From Centroscyllium fabricii (Eukaryota), in NCBI GenBank assembly GCA_051313645.2, contig JBNRSN020000002.1:552544001-552608000 (forward strand): 64,000 bases of DNA, in the 5' to 3' direction. Positions 50,309 through 63,744 of the stretch are shown here, piece after piece (position 1 is the stretch's first letter; every line of letters begins with the position of its first letter). A program made the translations under genes and the position numbers. Under the pieces are notes generated by a model, which was given only the letters and a program-made list of their open reading frames with translations, was not told the DNA's origin and ran no database searches.

Positions 50309-51394
50309 TATTGGGCAAGAGATCTAACCAAGCTTCTGCTCCCAATCTGGAGCGCTGGCAATTCTGAGATTGGCAAAAAGCAATGCTGGGAAACCCTGGT
50401 CCGCTCCCACGCACTGACTTCAAAAACAAAAGCCTTTCCTCTGCCACTTTCCATGAAGATTGGCTACTCCTGGTGTGACCATGACTCGAAGTTTCAACCC
50501 CACATGAAAGCTCGGCAAGTTTAGACAATCTGAAACATTTTACTTTAAAACACCAACTGACGTTTCGATCAGCGAACCAGGAAGAGGGCATAACAGGAAG
50601 AATAAGAACATAAGAAATAGGAGCAGGAGTCGGCCATTCGGCCCCTCGAGCCTGCTCCGCCATTCAATAAGATCACGGCTGATCTACCTCATCTCCACTT
50701 TCCTGCACTATCCCCACATCTCTTGAACCCCTTAATACCAAAAATCTATCGCTCACTGCCTTGAATATACTCAACGACTGAGCCTCCACAGCCCTCTGGG
50801 GTAGAGAATTCCAAAGATTCACCGCCCTCTGAGTGAAGAAATTTAGCGAATATTTTAAAAGTTTTAAAATGTTAGCGCCTGGTTGTAATGAATTTCTCCC
50901 CCTTGGTTTTGCCTTGTACCAAGTATAGGCCTGAACGTTCTCAAACCCCTGATGAATTTATACCTTCTTTTTTCTTCACTGCTGCCTTATAGAATCACAT
51001 TGGAAATGATGAGAACGATATTTGAAATCTGATAAGAATGCAATATGTGCATCTGTGAATACCACAGCAATCAGATTAAACTGGTTTTTGTGTTTTATCG
51101 TTTGCCTGTAGTGCAAGGTTTTCTATCTGTGTCGAGACTGATGAGAGGAAATCAATTGTCAAGTTTGATAAAAGTCTAACAGAACATTGCAGAGTTATTG
51201 AGGTGACACGTTAAGAGTTAGTGTCAGACAGGCAGAGGTACAGATGGATGTGAGGCAGTTTGACAGTTCCCGGCACACACAATTTCAAAAGAGAGTTGAG
51301 AAAGTGACTTATCCAGAGAGTCGTGCTGCATCAGGGCTGGTAACCATTTAATTCAACAGACTGAGAGAACTAAAATCAGGTCTGGTAATCCCCC

Positions 51395-52652
51395 AAATGA
51401 CATGTTGGCTTTTATTGCAAGGGAGTTGGCATAAGGAAGTCTTGCTACAATTGCACAGGGCCTTGGTGAGACCACACCTGGAGCACTGTGCACAGTTTTG
51501 GTCTCCTTATCTAAAGAAGGATATATTTGCCTTAGAGGTGGTGCAACATAGGCTCACTAGATTGATTACTGGGATTAGAGGGCTGTCCTATGATGAGAGA
51601 TTGTGTAGAATGGGCCTATACTCTCTGGAGTTTAGAAGAATGAATTGAAACATATAAGATTCTGAGGGGGATTGACACGGTACATAAGAACATAAACAGT
51701 AGGAGCAGGAGAAGGCCATACGGCCCCTCGGGCCTGCTCCGCCATTTAATAGGATCATGGCTGATCCGAACTTAGACTCACGTCCACTTTCCTGCCCGTT
51801 CCCCGTAACCCCTTATTCCCTTATCAGCTAGGAAGCTGTCTATCTCCGTTTTAAATTTACTTAATGTCCCAGCTTCCACAGCTCACTGAGGCAGCAAATT
51901 CCACAGACTCGCCACCCTCTGAGTGAAGAAGTTCCTCCTCATCTCAGTTTTGAAAGGGCAGCCCCTTATTCTCAGATTATGCCCCCTAGTTCTAGTCTCA
52001 CCCATCAGTGGAAACATCCTCACCGCATCCATCCGATCAAGCCCCCTCACAATCTTATATGTTTCGATAAGATCACCTCTCACTCTTCTGAACTCCAATG
52101 AGTAGAGGCCCAACCTACTCAACCTTTCCTCATAAGTCAATCCCCTCATCTCTGGAATCAACCGAGTGAATCTTCTCTGAACTGCCTCGAGAGCAAGTAT
52201 ATCCTTTCTCAAATATGGAAACCAAAACTGTACGCAGTATTCCAGTTGTGGCCTCACCAGTACCCTGTATAACTGCAGCAAGACTTCCCTGCTTTTATAC
52301 TCCACCCCCTTGCAATAAAAGCCATGATTCTATTGGCCTTCCTGATCACCTGCTGTACCTGCATACTTGTAGATGCTGAGAGGTTGTTTCCCCTGACTGG
52401 AGTGTCTAGAACTAGGGGGCATAGTCTCAGGATAAGGGGTCAGCCATTTAAGACTGAGATGAGGAGACATTTATTCACTCAGAGGGCTGTGAATCTTTGA
52501 AAATCTCTACCCCAGAGGGCTGTGAATGCTGAGTCTTTGAGTCTATTAAAGGCTGAGGTCGATAGATTTTTGGAGTCTAGGGGAATCAAGGGATATGGAG
52601 ATCGGGCGGGAAAGTGGAGTTGAGGTTGAAGATCAGCCATAATCTTATGTTC
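51395..52652. mobile_element. CR1 fragment (+) split by a nested CR1 fragment (about 51683-52368, -)
   Basis: Host ORF resumes after the insertion; nested ORF LVRPQLEYCVQFW. Confidence 0.85.
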
Positions 52653-53497
52653 TAATATACCTAACACACCAACCAAATTTCACAAACCCCACACCAACCC
52701 AATAAACCCCTTCACAAAGCAGTTGCTGCTCTTCAAATTCTCACAGTTAGATGAGATACTGGAGGGCTGACGGTGTCAGTGGGACTGCCTTTCAGCAGCG
52801 GAAGAGAACAAAATTGGGGTCAAATAAAATACTTGATTTATTGTTGGATAGAAAAATTGTGAAGCGTGGATAACGCGCAGTGAATATAAAAGCTGGGTAA
52901 CTGCTGTAAATGATAAGTAGTCGAAGAGATACACTAACAGCACGCAGTCATCGGGGAATTCTCATTCCACTGTGCGCATATAAATCCCAAGGGAGGTCAT
53001 TGCTTTCTCTCGTGGGCTGCATAATGTAATTCGACATACTAAAATATTACTAATAGACCAGGCGAAATGTGGCAAAACCAATGGTGGCAGCATGACTGCA
53101 GTGATCACCACTGGTCACTCTGCTGCCCTTCGGGAGGGGGGCACTTCAAACAGTATTAGAACATAAGACGGAGGAGCAGAAGGAGGTCATTCGGCCCCTC
53201 GAGCCTGCTCCGCCATTCAATATGATCATGGCTGATCTGATCTTGGCTTTACCTCCACTTCCCTGCCTGCTCCCCATAACCCTCGACTCTAGCCACGAAA
53301 TTCTCCTGGGATGCAATTGACTCCAACAACTGTCTGAGAAAATATGGAAAGCGACTGGGTGGTGTTTTTTCAGATGGCCAATGTATCACTGAATCTGTTG
53401 TTATTTGTAGAGGTGTGGCTGGGTGGGGGGTGCTGCGTTGTCCTGGGTTTTAGCCAAATTCCGCACCCATGAGGATGGCCTCAACCGTGATATTGGC

Positions 53498-53948
53498 TTC
53501 ACGTCGCGCTACATGTGACCCCGCCTGACGTAGAGTCATCCAGACTCGAGTCGTCTTTGTCCTTTTTGGTTCTGGCGATTTCCAGTAAGGAAAATCCTTT
53601 TTTTTAAAAATCATTCTGTGTGTTTTCACACAGACACAAGACTGCAACATTTGATCCTTTGTGACTATACCTCATTGATCTCAGACTGGTGCCTGATTAA
53701 TATGTTAAAATATGTTAAAACGCCTTTGTCTGCTCTGTATGTCTCTCTGCTGAAGTGTGATGTTGGAGAGATTAGATTTCTCTCTCCCTTGTATATGTGC
53801 TATCTTTAAATGAACTTCTCTTTCACCTGACGAAGGGGCAGAAGCTCCGAAAGCTTGTGATTTCAAATAAAACTGTTGGACTATAACCTGGTGTTGTGTG
53901 ACTTCTTGCATTTGTCCACCCCAGTCCAACACCGGCACCTCCACATCA
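53498..53948 (+). mobile_element. Penelope-like pseudo-LTR (family 1), longest single arm; hammerhead motif at 53823-53860
   Basis: TCAC-CTGACGA-A-GGGGC(agaa)GCTCC-GAA-AGCT-T-GTGA followed by AATAAA and the family 3' end CCTCCACATCA. Confidence 0.75.
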
Positions 53949-54027
53949 TGGGTTTTACTTGGTCCAGGTGGTGTCACTGAAGGCACTGATGACTCCAGGG
54001 ACGGTGAGGCCTCAGCTCCCTGATATA

Positions 54028-54772
54028 GGGCCCAGAAAGTCGGGTCCCAACGCGTGAGTACGCTCTGGGTTCTCACACGTAGGCCCAACGAAAGTGCCGG
54101 TTTCGTGCCGGCACTGCGCATGCGCGGGAAACCGGAACTTCAGTTCCCCTGAGAGGAGGGATTCAGAGGTGGAACGCGTGCGCGGTAGGGGCAGTGCGTG
54201 CGCATCGAACCTACGTTTTTTTCCCAGGTTTTTCCGGGAGGGTAAGTCTCCAGGAGTTACACATGTAAAAAGCAGTCGTAAGGCCTGCTTCTAACAAGGT
54301 AAGTGGTGAATTAATTCAAATTAAAACTTTTTTCCACAGGTTTATTATTTTTAAATACTTTAAAGAAAGGTAAGTTTATTTTTAGCCCCGTTAGAAAATG
54401 TAATTAATTTTTTCAAAAATTTAAGTTTTTGTTTAAAATAGTTATTTCATGTCATTTATAGTTATTTTAAAAATGTGATTTAAAAAAAAATTATTTGAAG
54501 TTTTAGGGATGTTTTGGGCCTTATAGTATTTATAGTTTTGACAGCTCTTCCTGTCTATTTTAAGAATGGGCAATTCTCTGCTATCATTGGCTCTCCATGA
54601 CCCATGTGATCCATGGGGACGCTTCGAACTAACTGCGCCCCTGGGATACGCAAGCACCGCGCGCCGGCAGTTGGAAGCGGCCCAGGATCGCAATCCCCGT
54701 GGGCCCACAGCTCAACGGCCGACGCGCAAGGTAAGTGCAGATTGGAGGCTTGCACCCGCGGGAAGCCTCCGA
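54028..54772. mobile_element. MITE family B
   Basis: Collinear with 12064-12831. Confidence 0.75.
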
Positions 54773-55517
54773 GGTTGTGAAAGGCGCTATAAAAATGCAA
54801 GTCTTTCTTTCTTATGCTGTTTGTTCGAATAAACTTAGATTTGGCTTTTAGTGCTAAGGCCAGCATTTATTGCCCATCCCTAGTTGCCCTTGAGAAGGTG
54901 GTGGTGAGGAGCTGCCTTCTTGCAGTCCGTGTGGTGAAGGTACTCCCACAGTGCTGTTAGGGAGGGAGTTCTGGGATTTTGTTTCAGCGACGATGAAGGA
55001 TCGGCGATATACTTCTAAGTCAAGATGGTGTGTGACTTGGATGGGAACTTGGAGGTGATGGTGTTCCCATGCGCCCGCTGCCCTTGTCCTCCTAGGTGGA
55101 AGAGGTCGTGGGTTTGGGAGGTGCTGCCGAAGAAGCCTTGGCGAGTTGCTGCAGTGCATCTTGTAGATGGTACACACTGCAGCCACGGTACGCCGGTGGT
55201 GGAGGGAGTGAATGTTTAAGGTGGTAGATGGGGTGCCAATCAATGCAGATGTTGACAAGGAAGCTGGTATGTGGAGTAATCGTCTCTCACGTAAGAAAGT
55301 GGCCATCCCTTGAAGCTCTTTGTTCTTTCTAAAGCACTAGTTAAATCCTCCAGTGAAGCACAGATGTTCCTACCAGACTGCTCTTGGCGAGTTTGCAGAA
55401 CATTACGTGATTAGGATCACATGGGAGCATTTGAGGGTTCTAAGTTCCAATTTAAAATAACATTCTTAGTTTGAATGCAAAGTGGAAAGGACAAAGTGAA
55501 GAGATGCAGATGTACTT

Positions 55518-55832
55518 CATAGAATCATAGAATCCCTACAGTGCAGATAGAGGCCATTTCGGCCCATCGAGCCTGCACCGACACATATCCCACCCTACCC
55601 CCGTAACCCCACATATTCAATCCCCCTAACACTAAGGGTCAATTTATCATGGCCAATCAACCTAACCCGCACATCTTTGGACTGTGGGAGGAAACCGGAG
55701 CACCCGGAGGAAACCCACGCAGACATGGGGAGAATGTGCAAACTCCACACAGATAGTACCCGAGGCTGGATTTGAATCCGGGCTCCCAGCGCTGTGAGGC
55801 AACAGTGCTAACCACTCTGCCACCGTGCCGCC
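55518..55832 (-). mobile_element. HE1-like V-SINE with alternative short tail
   Basis: Same head and V-domain; tail ends in (ATTCTATG)n rather than the long CR1-type tail. Confidence 0.85.
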
Positions 55833-55962
55833 CTTGGAGGAGGTAAAACAAAGAATTGAAACAAAAGAGATCATTTCTCCAGAGAGTCTTTTGTAATTAT
55901 ATAAAAAGAGGTGTGTGTGTGAGTGTGTATATAATCCATCTATTTGTGTGTATATATGTCTA

Positions 55963-56696
55963 TGGGGGGAAAATTGGGTTGCGCCCCGTTTGGGGCGTTA
56001 ACCTCAGAAATTAGCGCCCCGAAAAAGTTTGTGCCGTTGCACCTAAAATTGGATTTTAGCGCCCCAAGTAGGAGGTGGGGGGCTACTGCAGGCGCACCAC
56101 CTCGTTCCTTGAGCGCAGCAGCTGAAGTTTGGGCCACGGTGTGTCGCTGCACCACGCTCTGCAGCACGCCACGCTGCAGGCCTCCCTCCCCTTCTTAAAG
56201 GGGAGTGGCCTAGCGCGGCGCGGGGCCCCCCTGGACCGCCGGGGATCGAAGTGCCGGCAAAGGAGCCTGGCACTCGAGGGAAGTGCCGCGCTCACGGAGC
56301 ACAGCCTGCACTCGGGGGGCATCGGGGAAGGCCGGGGATGGCAGAGGGGGCAGGTGCTGGCAGGCGGCCAGCAAGAAAAATGGCCGCCCGGCACCCCCCC
56401 CCCCCCCACACTTTAAATAGCGCTGGCCCGGGTGCAACTGCGTCCCCCTGACCCTGTCAGAGACAGCGTCCAGCGCAACGTCAGGGGGCGTGTGAAGTTT
56501 GAGGCCGGGACATGAGCGAGGCGCTGCGCACGGCGATGACATCATCACCGGCGGCGCAGCGCCACGGGCCGCTGCCGCCACCGCCAGCACCCCACTGAAT
56601 ATAATGGGAGGCGCCAGCCCAGGCGCTAGGTGCCTTGCGCCCCATTAGCAGCCCTCTAGGGCGCTAACGGCTGGCACAAGCAACCCAATTTTCCCC
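55963..56696. mobile_element. MITE family C
   Basis: TIR GGGGAAAATTGGGTTGC/GCAACCCAATTTTCCCC. Confidence 0.8.
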
Positions 56697-57763
56697 ACTA
56701 TGTGTTTAGTTTGTCCTGTTTATATTACAGAGCTACTTCAGGTAGGAGGTAATCTATAATAGACTTGTCTGTGGTAACCGGCCCATTTGCATTGTACGGC
56801 AGGTTCCACAGCACAGGCAGCAAAAGACAAACTGCTGTGGTTTGCTTGTCCACATTTGTTTGCAGATTGCAACTCACAACTTGCCTTTCCCACTTTTATT
56901 TTCGTGTAAAGTCCCAAAACCTGGAAGCCACATCCCCGGCCTGTTGCAGCCGGAATACTGGTGGCCAACAGAGCAGCAGCTGTTTCCCCTTCTACTCTGG
57001 TACCGCAGCATCTGAAGGTGCGGGGACCCATCACGCCTTGAAGTGGCTTCTAGCCTCCCACAGAGGCAGCCGCGTCGACCGCTTTACCTCACGGTAACGG
57101 CAGCCCCGGAGCACTTTTAATGAGACGATCTGCCCGAATGGTGTTTTACCAACACTGTGGAGTGGAGGAGAGGCTGGTAGTGTTTTGATTCTGTGCCTTA
57201 ATTATTTTAGTTTCAACTGTGAGCGTTGCTCCGACCTCTGGGTGCCGGTTGGGAGAGGTTACTGGGCCTGGTTGGAGGAGGACGCTGATCTAACATAAGA
57301 AGACACGTTAACTGATTTAGATTGCTTCACAGGTTATGCCAGTATAATAGATGTTACATCTTCCTCAGGGTTGGGTGGAGTAACTCAGATGGTATCGACG
57401 ACACTCACTGCTTAAATAAAACTATTTAAAGTAACAGCTCAGTTGGTGAAGGCAATGCCATCTGGACCAGAAGGTCCCAAGTTAAATGCCACACCGTGCT
57501 GAGTTAGTTATTCTCAGCAGAACAACAGCAAGGGACAGAAAAATGGCTAAAAATAGAGGGACATTAAACATTGCAATCTCTTTAAAAGTAAAACAGCTGC
57601 AAATATTTCCTTTTATTTTCACCAAGGTTGCAGTAGCGGTAATGTAATTGGTCTCAAGGACCCTGGGTTGGGAAGGTGAAAATCAGCCTTGGATCATGCT
57701 CTTGATGGCGATCCAGTGACCACTACTGGAACACGTACGCGTCCGGGCATTGGGCGGAGACAA

Positions 57764-58549
57764 GGGGGGTAAATTTTCCTGGAGCCGACAGACGGCTTTT
57801 TCGGCGGCCGGGGAGGTAAAATCACAGAAACTGGGGGTCGCGACCCCTCCCGCCGGTTTCCTGGCAGCTGGTCAGTTTCAGCCCGGCGGGTCCGATTGAC
57901 CCGCCCGCCACCGGCGGGGATGGTCGTTAGGCTCATTAGGGACCCTTAATTGGCGTGTATAATGCCATTTTAAGGGCCCCTTGCAATTTTCAGCCTTTTC
58001 CCACGCAAAACCCACCAGCTGGAACAATAGTGACTTCCTGAGTATCATTCAAGCAGCTGCAGCAGAAGCCTCCCAGGGCTCCAGCCTGCATCATGACTAA
58101 CTGTCTCCCCAGGGCACACAAGATCAGTGGGAGAAAAGCTGTCAGAAACTCACCTTGTCGCTGCATTGACAGATAGCACCTAAGTTCTCAATGAAATGTC
58201 TCTGCTGGAGCAGGCAGCCAGTGAAACTGACAGTAGCTGTCACTCAATCTCTGTGGTTTAGAGTATCCATTGTGATGTCATCCACCTCTTTGATAATCCA
58301 GTGAAACAGACAGCAGTTGTCACTCAATCTCTGTGGTTTAGTAGGCTACGGCTCTGCTGCTGAAACAGCCGAAACCTGCCTGCTTCCTGTCTGCAATCAG
58401 TCCTGAGGCAAGAGCTTCCCACACACGGGGATTTAATTGGCCAATTAAGCCAAAATTGCGTGGGGCTCGCACACCCTTCAGAAAGCGGGAAGAAAACGTG
58501 ATCAGCGGAGAACCCACCAATTCCCCACACCTTGAGGAAAATTGACCCC
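57764..58549. mobile_element. MITE related to family A
   Basis: GGGGTAAATTTTCCT/AGGAAAATTGACCCC; TTAATTGGCCAATTAA motif. Confidence 0.75.
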
Positions 58550-59238
58550 AAGGTCTGTCTTGGCAGTGATATCCCACCCCACCACATCAAATCGACTGCT
58601 GGCACTCACTACATGGAGAATGGTCACTTGACCGTCAACAGTCAACACCCTCAGAGAAATTGGTGAAAATAATTTTTTGAACTGCTTTAAAGAGATTCTG
58701 ATGTTTACAGTCCATCTATTTTTTGGCCAATTTTCAGTTCTCACCTCCTGACAATGTTAACAACTTGCTGAGATATAGTTAGACTGGCATCATGTCCTGA
58801 GATATAGTTAGACTGGCATCATGTCCTGTGCTACCTTACATAAATAGACATTGCTCAGAATCAACCTCAGCAAGTGTCGGCAGAATATTTTTCCAAGGGG
58901 ACATCACAGCTGAACTTGATCCTGTTCTTATGCAACATCCACAAGGCACATTTCTATCAGGGAACCTTTGGTAGCAAGCAGAAGCTGAAATTCTTCTCTC
59001 TAACGGAGGCCACTTGTAGCATTCGGACCACCTGAGATCAGCTAACTTAGCGAAAATCATAGAATCATAGAATAGAACAGCACAGAAGGAGGCCATTCAG
59101 CCCACTGAATCTGCGCCAGCTCCTTCAAAGGGCAATCCTGCTAGTCCCACACCCCCGCTCTTTCCCCATATCCCGGCAATTTTTTCTCCTTCAAATATTT
59201 ACCCAATTTCCTTTTGAAGGCTGCCACTGAATCTGTTT

Positions 59239-59639
59239 CATAGAAACATAGAAGATAGGAGCAGGAGTAGGCCATTCGGCCCTTCGAGCCTGCTCCGCCA
59301 TTCAATGAGATCATGGCTGATCATCCAAACTCAGCACCCTGTCCCTGCCTTGTCCCCATATCCCTCGATCCCTCGAGCCTGCACTGACACATATCCCACC
59401 CTATCCCCGTAACCCCACATATTCAATCCCCCTAACACTAAGGGTCAATTTATCCTGGCCAATCAACCTAACCCGCACATCTTTGGACTGTGGGAGGAAA
59501 CCGGAGCACCCGGAGGAAACCCACGCAGACACGGGGAGAATGTGCAAACTCCACACAGATAGTCACCCGAGGCTGGATTTGAACCCGGGTCTCTAGTGCT
59601 GTGAGGCAACAGTGCTAACCACTATGCTACCGTGCCGCC
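59239..59639 (-). mobile_element. HE1-like V-SINE
   Basis: Family consensus. Confidence 0.9.
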
Positions 59640-59711
59640 ATCCCTTTCCACCAATAGGAGCAGGATTAGGCCAATTGGCCCTTCGAGCCTGCTCCACCAT
59701 TCAATAGTGCG

Positions 59712-59920
59712 ATAGCAAAATATTGCAGATGCTGGAAATCTGAAATAACAGCAGAAAATGCTGGAAAAACTCAGCAGTTCAGGCAACATCTGTGAAGAGA
59801 GAAACAAGAGTCAACGTTTCGGGTCGGGTCCCTTTATCGAGCATCTCGAAACGTTGACTCTACATTTCTCTCTTCACGGATGTTGCCTGAACTGCTGAGT
59901 TTTTCCAGCATTTTCTGTTG
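59712..59920. mobile_element. Inverted Penelope-like pseudo-LTR pair (family 2)
   Basis: CAGAAAATGCTGGAAAAACTCAGCAG...GAGTCAACGTTTCG and its reverse complement. Confidence 0.7.
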
Positions 59921-62900
59921 TTAGTCCACCAGGCAGTGCATTCCAAATCCCAACCACTCGCTGCGTAAATTTTTTTTTCCTCCTGTCACCTTTGGTTCTT
60001 TTGCCAAACACCTTGAACCTGGGCCCTCTGGTTATCGACCCTTCAGCCTTTGGAAACAGTTTCTCTTTATTTACTCTGTACAAACCTTTCATGATTTTAA
60101 ACACCTCCATCAAATCTCCTCTTAGGCGTCTCTGCTCTCAGGAGAACAACCCCAGCTTCTCCAGTCTAACCACGTAACTGTAAACCCCCATCCCTGAAAC
60201 CGTTCCAGTAAACCTCTTCTGTACCCTCTCCGAAACCGTCACGTCCTTCCCAAAATGTGGTGGCCAGGATTGGACACCATACTCCAGCTGGGGCCGAACT
60301 GGTGTTTTACTGAGGAAACGCTCTGAGATCAAATAAAAATGTTGGAATAACTAGTATCGAATTTAAGCTGCTGAGCTAACAAATTTGCATTCACAAATAT
60401 GTGGACACAGAATTCCAATCATATCCCAGAAGGAACAGAATGCAATGACCAGGAGTGAGTTTAAAATATACGAGGTTTGGACAACAGCACAGACATTGCT
60501 GGGAGGAGGAAGGGAGGAGGCACTTCTCGGCGCTTGCAGTGGGCGCGCCGGAGCGGTGTGGTGTGTGGACGCTGGCTGGGACACGGAACGGGTGTTGGCC
60601 GGTTCTGCGGATGGCTCGTGTGGACTTTGGGAGTGTGGAGCAGGAAGCGGTTCGCTTTATTTGAAACGGGCTCTGCAGTCGGAACTGGCGGCTGACTTCA
60701 GCGGTGACATCATCGTGTTCACGACTGACGGGCGAATGAGCTGCAATTGGTTGGAAAACATTGAACTTTGAGAGCAGGAGAAGCCGGAGTGGTGCGAGAA
60801 CGGGACCTATGATGATGGCGCCGGTGAGGTGGCTGCCATCTTACGGGTTTCGAGCGTGCCGGGCAGCTTAGTGTTCTTTGTTGCGCGGTGCGTTTGGCTC
60901 GTAAAGAAACCATTTCACTGTCTAGATTGCACCCGTTGTACTTTAGTACATGTGGCAAATAAAATTTGAATTTTGAATTTTGAATTTCTAATCCAACAAA
61001 AAAAGGAAGTGGCCATTAAAGCTGAATATTTGCGTCAAGGCCCGGGAATGAGATTTTAAGGGTGGTGTAAATTAATTCTGGAGGAGCGGGATTGCTACAC
61101 AAGCAGTCAATTAAATTTCAAGCGAAACATTTCATCCTTTTATTAATTAAAATCTCTGGGGCTTTAAAACAGCAGTAATTAGATAGGCATGGAACCCAAT
61201 AACTTAAAAAAAATAATTAAACAGAACATTAAGTTGTGTGAATCTGTGTAACTTCGATTAGAAGATGAAAGCACATCTGAAGTAATCTGGTCATTAGATG
61301 AGTTCGCAGTAGAGGTAACTGATAATTAGGAAAATATTCAACATAAGTCACCTCCATCGTTAAGAGTGTAAAACTATAATCTTACAAAAAATAATCTATA
61401 ATCAGATGGAAACATCTTTTAGAGAAACAACAGTAACCATTTCCTCAAACATTTGTTCCTGTTGGGTGTCTAGTTTAAAAATCTGAGCAGAAACATTTGG
61501 GTTTTCAAGCTTTATGCTCCTGTATATATCTCGTCCCCTGGTAAAGAAAAGGCTCAAGTGATAAGTACAATACAATGAGTAATACAGTGAAGGCCGGTTG
61601 GCACTTTTGTAATACATTTTTTCATCATTTTGATTTCTTTTGCTCCCCAAGGTGCTGAACATCACTCCCCAGAACCGCTAAGAACCTTGGCCCAGGTTGC
61701 TGGAGTACCAGGTAGGAGCTAAGTGAGAGGAACGCAGCTGTGAAAGATCCATTATTGTCCAGTCTGCATCTCTCTCCTCCCTCTCTTCAAAGCCTGGCTG
61801 AAACTGGGAGCTTGTCACATGGGGAATCTCGTGTCTGGCCATTCAGTGGCCAATCATGCTGGTACGCCAATCTGGTGTACTGTCATGCCATGCAGAACCT
61901 CCAATTCTCAAAAGTTTCTATAATTGCTGTAGAGCCCCAGTGAATCGGGAGAGAATCAATTTGAAATACCAATACAGACCAGATAGGCTGGCTAGAAAAG
62001 ATCAATTCTGATTGTTTCATTTTGAGATTTGTTTCGGAGGTTCGCTGCCTTCCAGAAGCTGAATGGAAGAAAGGCCAGTCGTTCTGGGAACCTGCAGTCG
62101 CCTGTAGGAACTGGTTCCTCGAGGGAGAGGTTGAAAGCTGCTGGCTATATCACAGAGTTGCCACCAACTGCCCTACCCATGAACTCCAGGGTCCCAATGG
62201 TTTGGGAAGTTCTACAGAGGCGTTGGTTCACACAGGCCTAGAAGACAGGCAGAGATTTGTGGATAAATGGAGACTTCGGCCAGTGAGCCTCTTCTGCATC
62301 ACCAAGGATTTTGACATATACCCACCACCAGATAGCAGACACCTGATACATACTCACAAATAGCCTGGCAGGATTCAGAGATATACCCACCACCAGACAG
62401 CAGACATTTGATGCATATTCACAAATAGCCTGGCAAGATTGAGAAACAGAAGTGGACTGCCAGAGTTCAGCACACACCCTTAAATTGTTTGGCATTGATT
62501 GCGAAAGCACATCCAACACAAGATTTCGACACACAAAATGCATTGCTCCAAAGAGTTTGGGAGTGATTCGGATTACTATCTGCGACAAGACTGACGGGGA
62601 TCAGGCCTCTCTCCTTCCCTTCCCTTTCCCCAGACAGCCAGTGTCTCAGATACAAATCCACCAGAGGGGAACCAGACCCTCAGTCATGAAAATCCACGAC
62701 TGAAATTCAAAATAAAGCAGAAGAAGTATCCTTACCTTATCGTGATGGAGAAGAGCATTCGGTATAAAACTGACTGCCAGAGGTGAACAATTATCTCAAA
62801 TGTGTAACATTCTACCTGCCCTCCGCCCCGCCCCCCCCACCATCGCTCTCTTTCTTAAAGAACAGCACCATTTCAGTCTTAATTTTTCGTATTGCCAATT

Positions 62901-63394
62901 TGGAAAAGCTCAGGTTCTGCACTTATTCTAGAGCACAACAAAATTAATTTAAAATGTGCAGAACTGAAACGCCCCAAAATAATTGCTGGAAAAAAGGAGC
63001 AATCTATTCTATTCTGCTAAAAACAAAGATTGACTGAATTCTGCTTCAGGATCTTTTTGACGGGAATTTTATGATGTTTGAAATTAGAAGCCTTATTTAC
63101 ATCTGAAGTCTCGGTGCTCAATAACATATTGTGTGCAGGTGGTTAACACCAGCCGCTTGCGATTACGGTGCGACTCCTTTTACAATGTGAGATGCTAAGC
63201 CTACTTAAGTGCACAGCGATTTTTATTCCCTCCCAGTGAGGCTGCTGCAGGATTTCCTCACTCTGCATTACTGGGGACAGGGGGTTCCGCTCCCTTGGCA
63301 TCACTAAGACGTGCCGCCCTGTTCCCTTGATAATGCCAACTCGCAGGGAGCTCAGCTGGTCGTTGCATGTTGCTGCCGCTCCTGTTTTCTGACA

Positions 63395-63631
63395 TGATGT
63401 GGAGGTGCCGGTGTTGGACTGGGGTGGACAAATGCAAGGAGTCACACAACACCAGGTTATAGTCCCAACAGTTTTATTTTAAATCACAAGCTTTCGGAGC
63501 GTCTGCCCCCCTTTGAGACAGGTGAAAGAGAAGCTTCTCTTTCACCTGACGAAGGGGCAGACGCTCCGAAAGCTTGTGATTTAAAATAAAACTGTTGGAC
63601 TATAACCTGGTGTTGTGTGACTTCTTGCATT
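63395..63631. mobile_element. Inverted Penelope-like insertion (family 1); hammerhead motif at 63542-63579 (+)
   Basis: 12-bp target duplication TGTTTTCTGACA; inverted arms; the minus-strand core is disrupted. Confidence 0.8.
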
Positions 63632-63744
63632 TGTTTTCTGACAAGCTGTGTGGTGTCTTAAATCCTGCACCGGTCATCACACTGCAACAGCACATCACTC
63701 AGGAAATCTAAGTTGACAACAAGCTCCACTGATAGTAAACTTCT

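Noticed and set aside
61386-61537. Exon-like segment with a good acceptor and a GTAAG donor
   Set aside because: Stops in all three frames, no channel similarity and no supporting evidence
62736-62815. 80-nt open segment with strong donor AAG|GTAAGG and the same phases as KCNMA1 exon 9/9alt
   Set aside because: Peptide VECYTFEIIVHLWQSVLYRMLFSITIR does not resemble S6/linker (AMFASYVPEI) and the acceptor is G-rich; the true exon 9 appears to lie beyond the window
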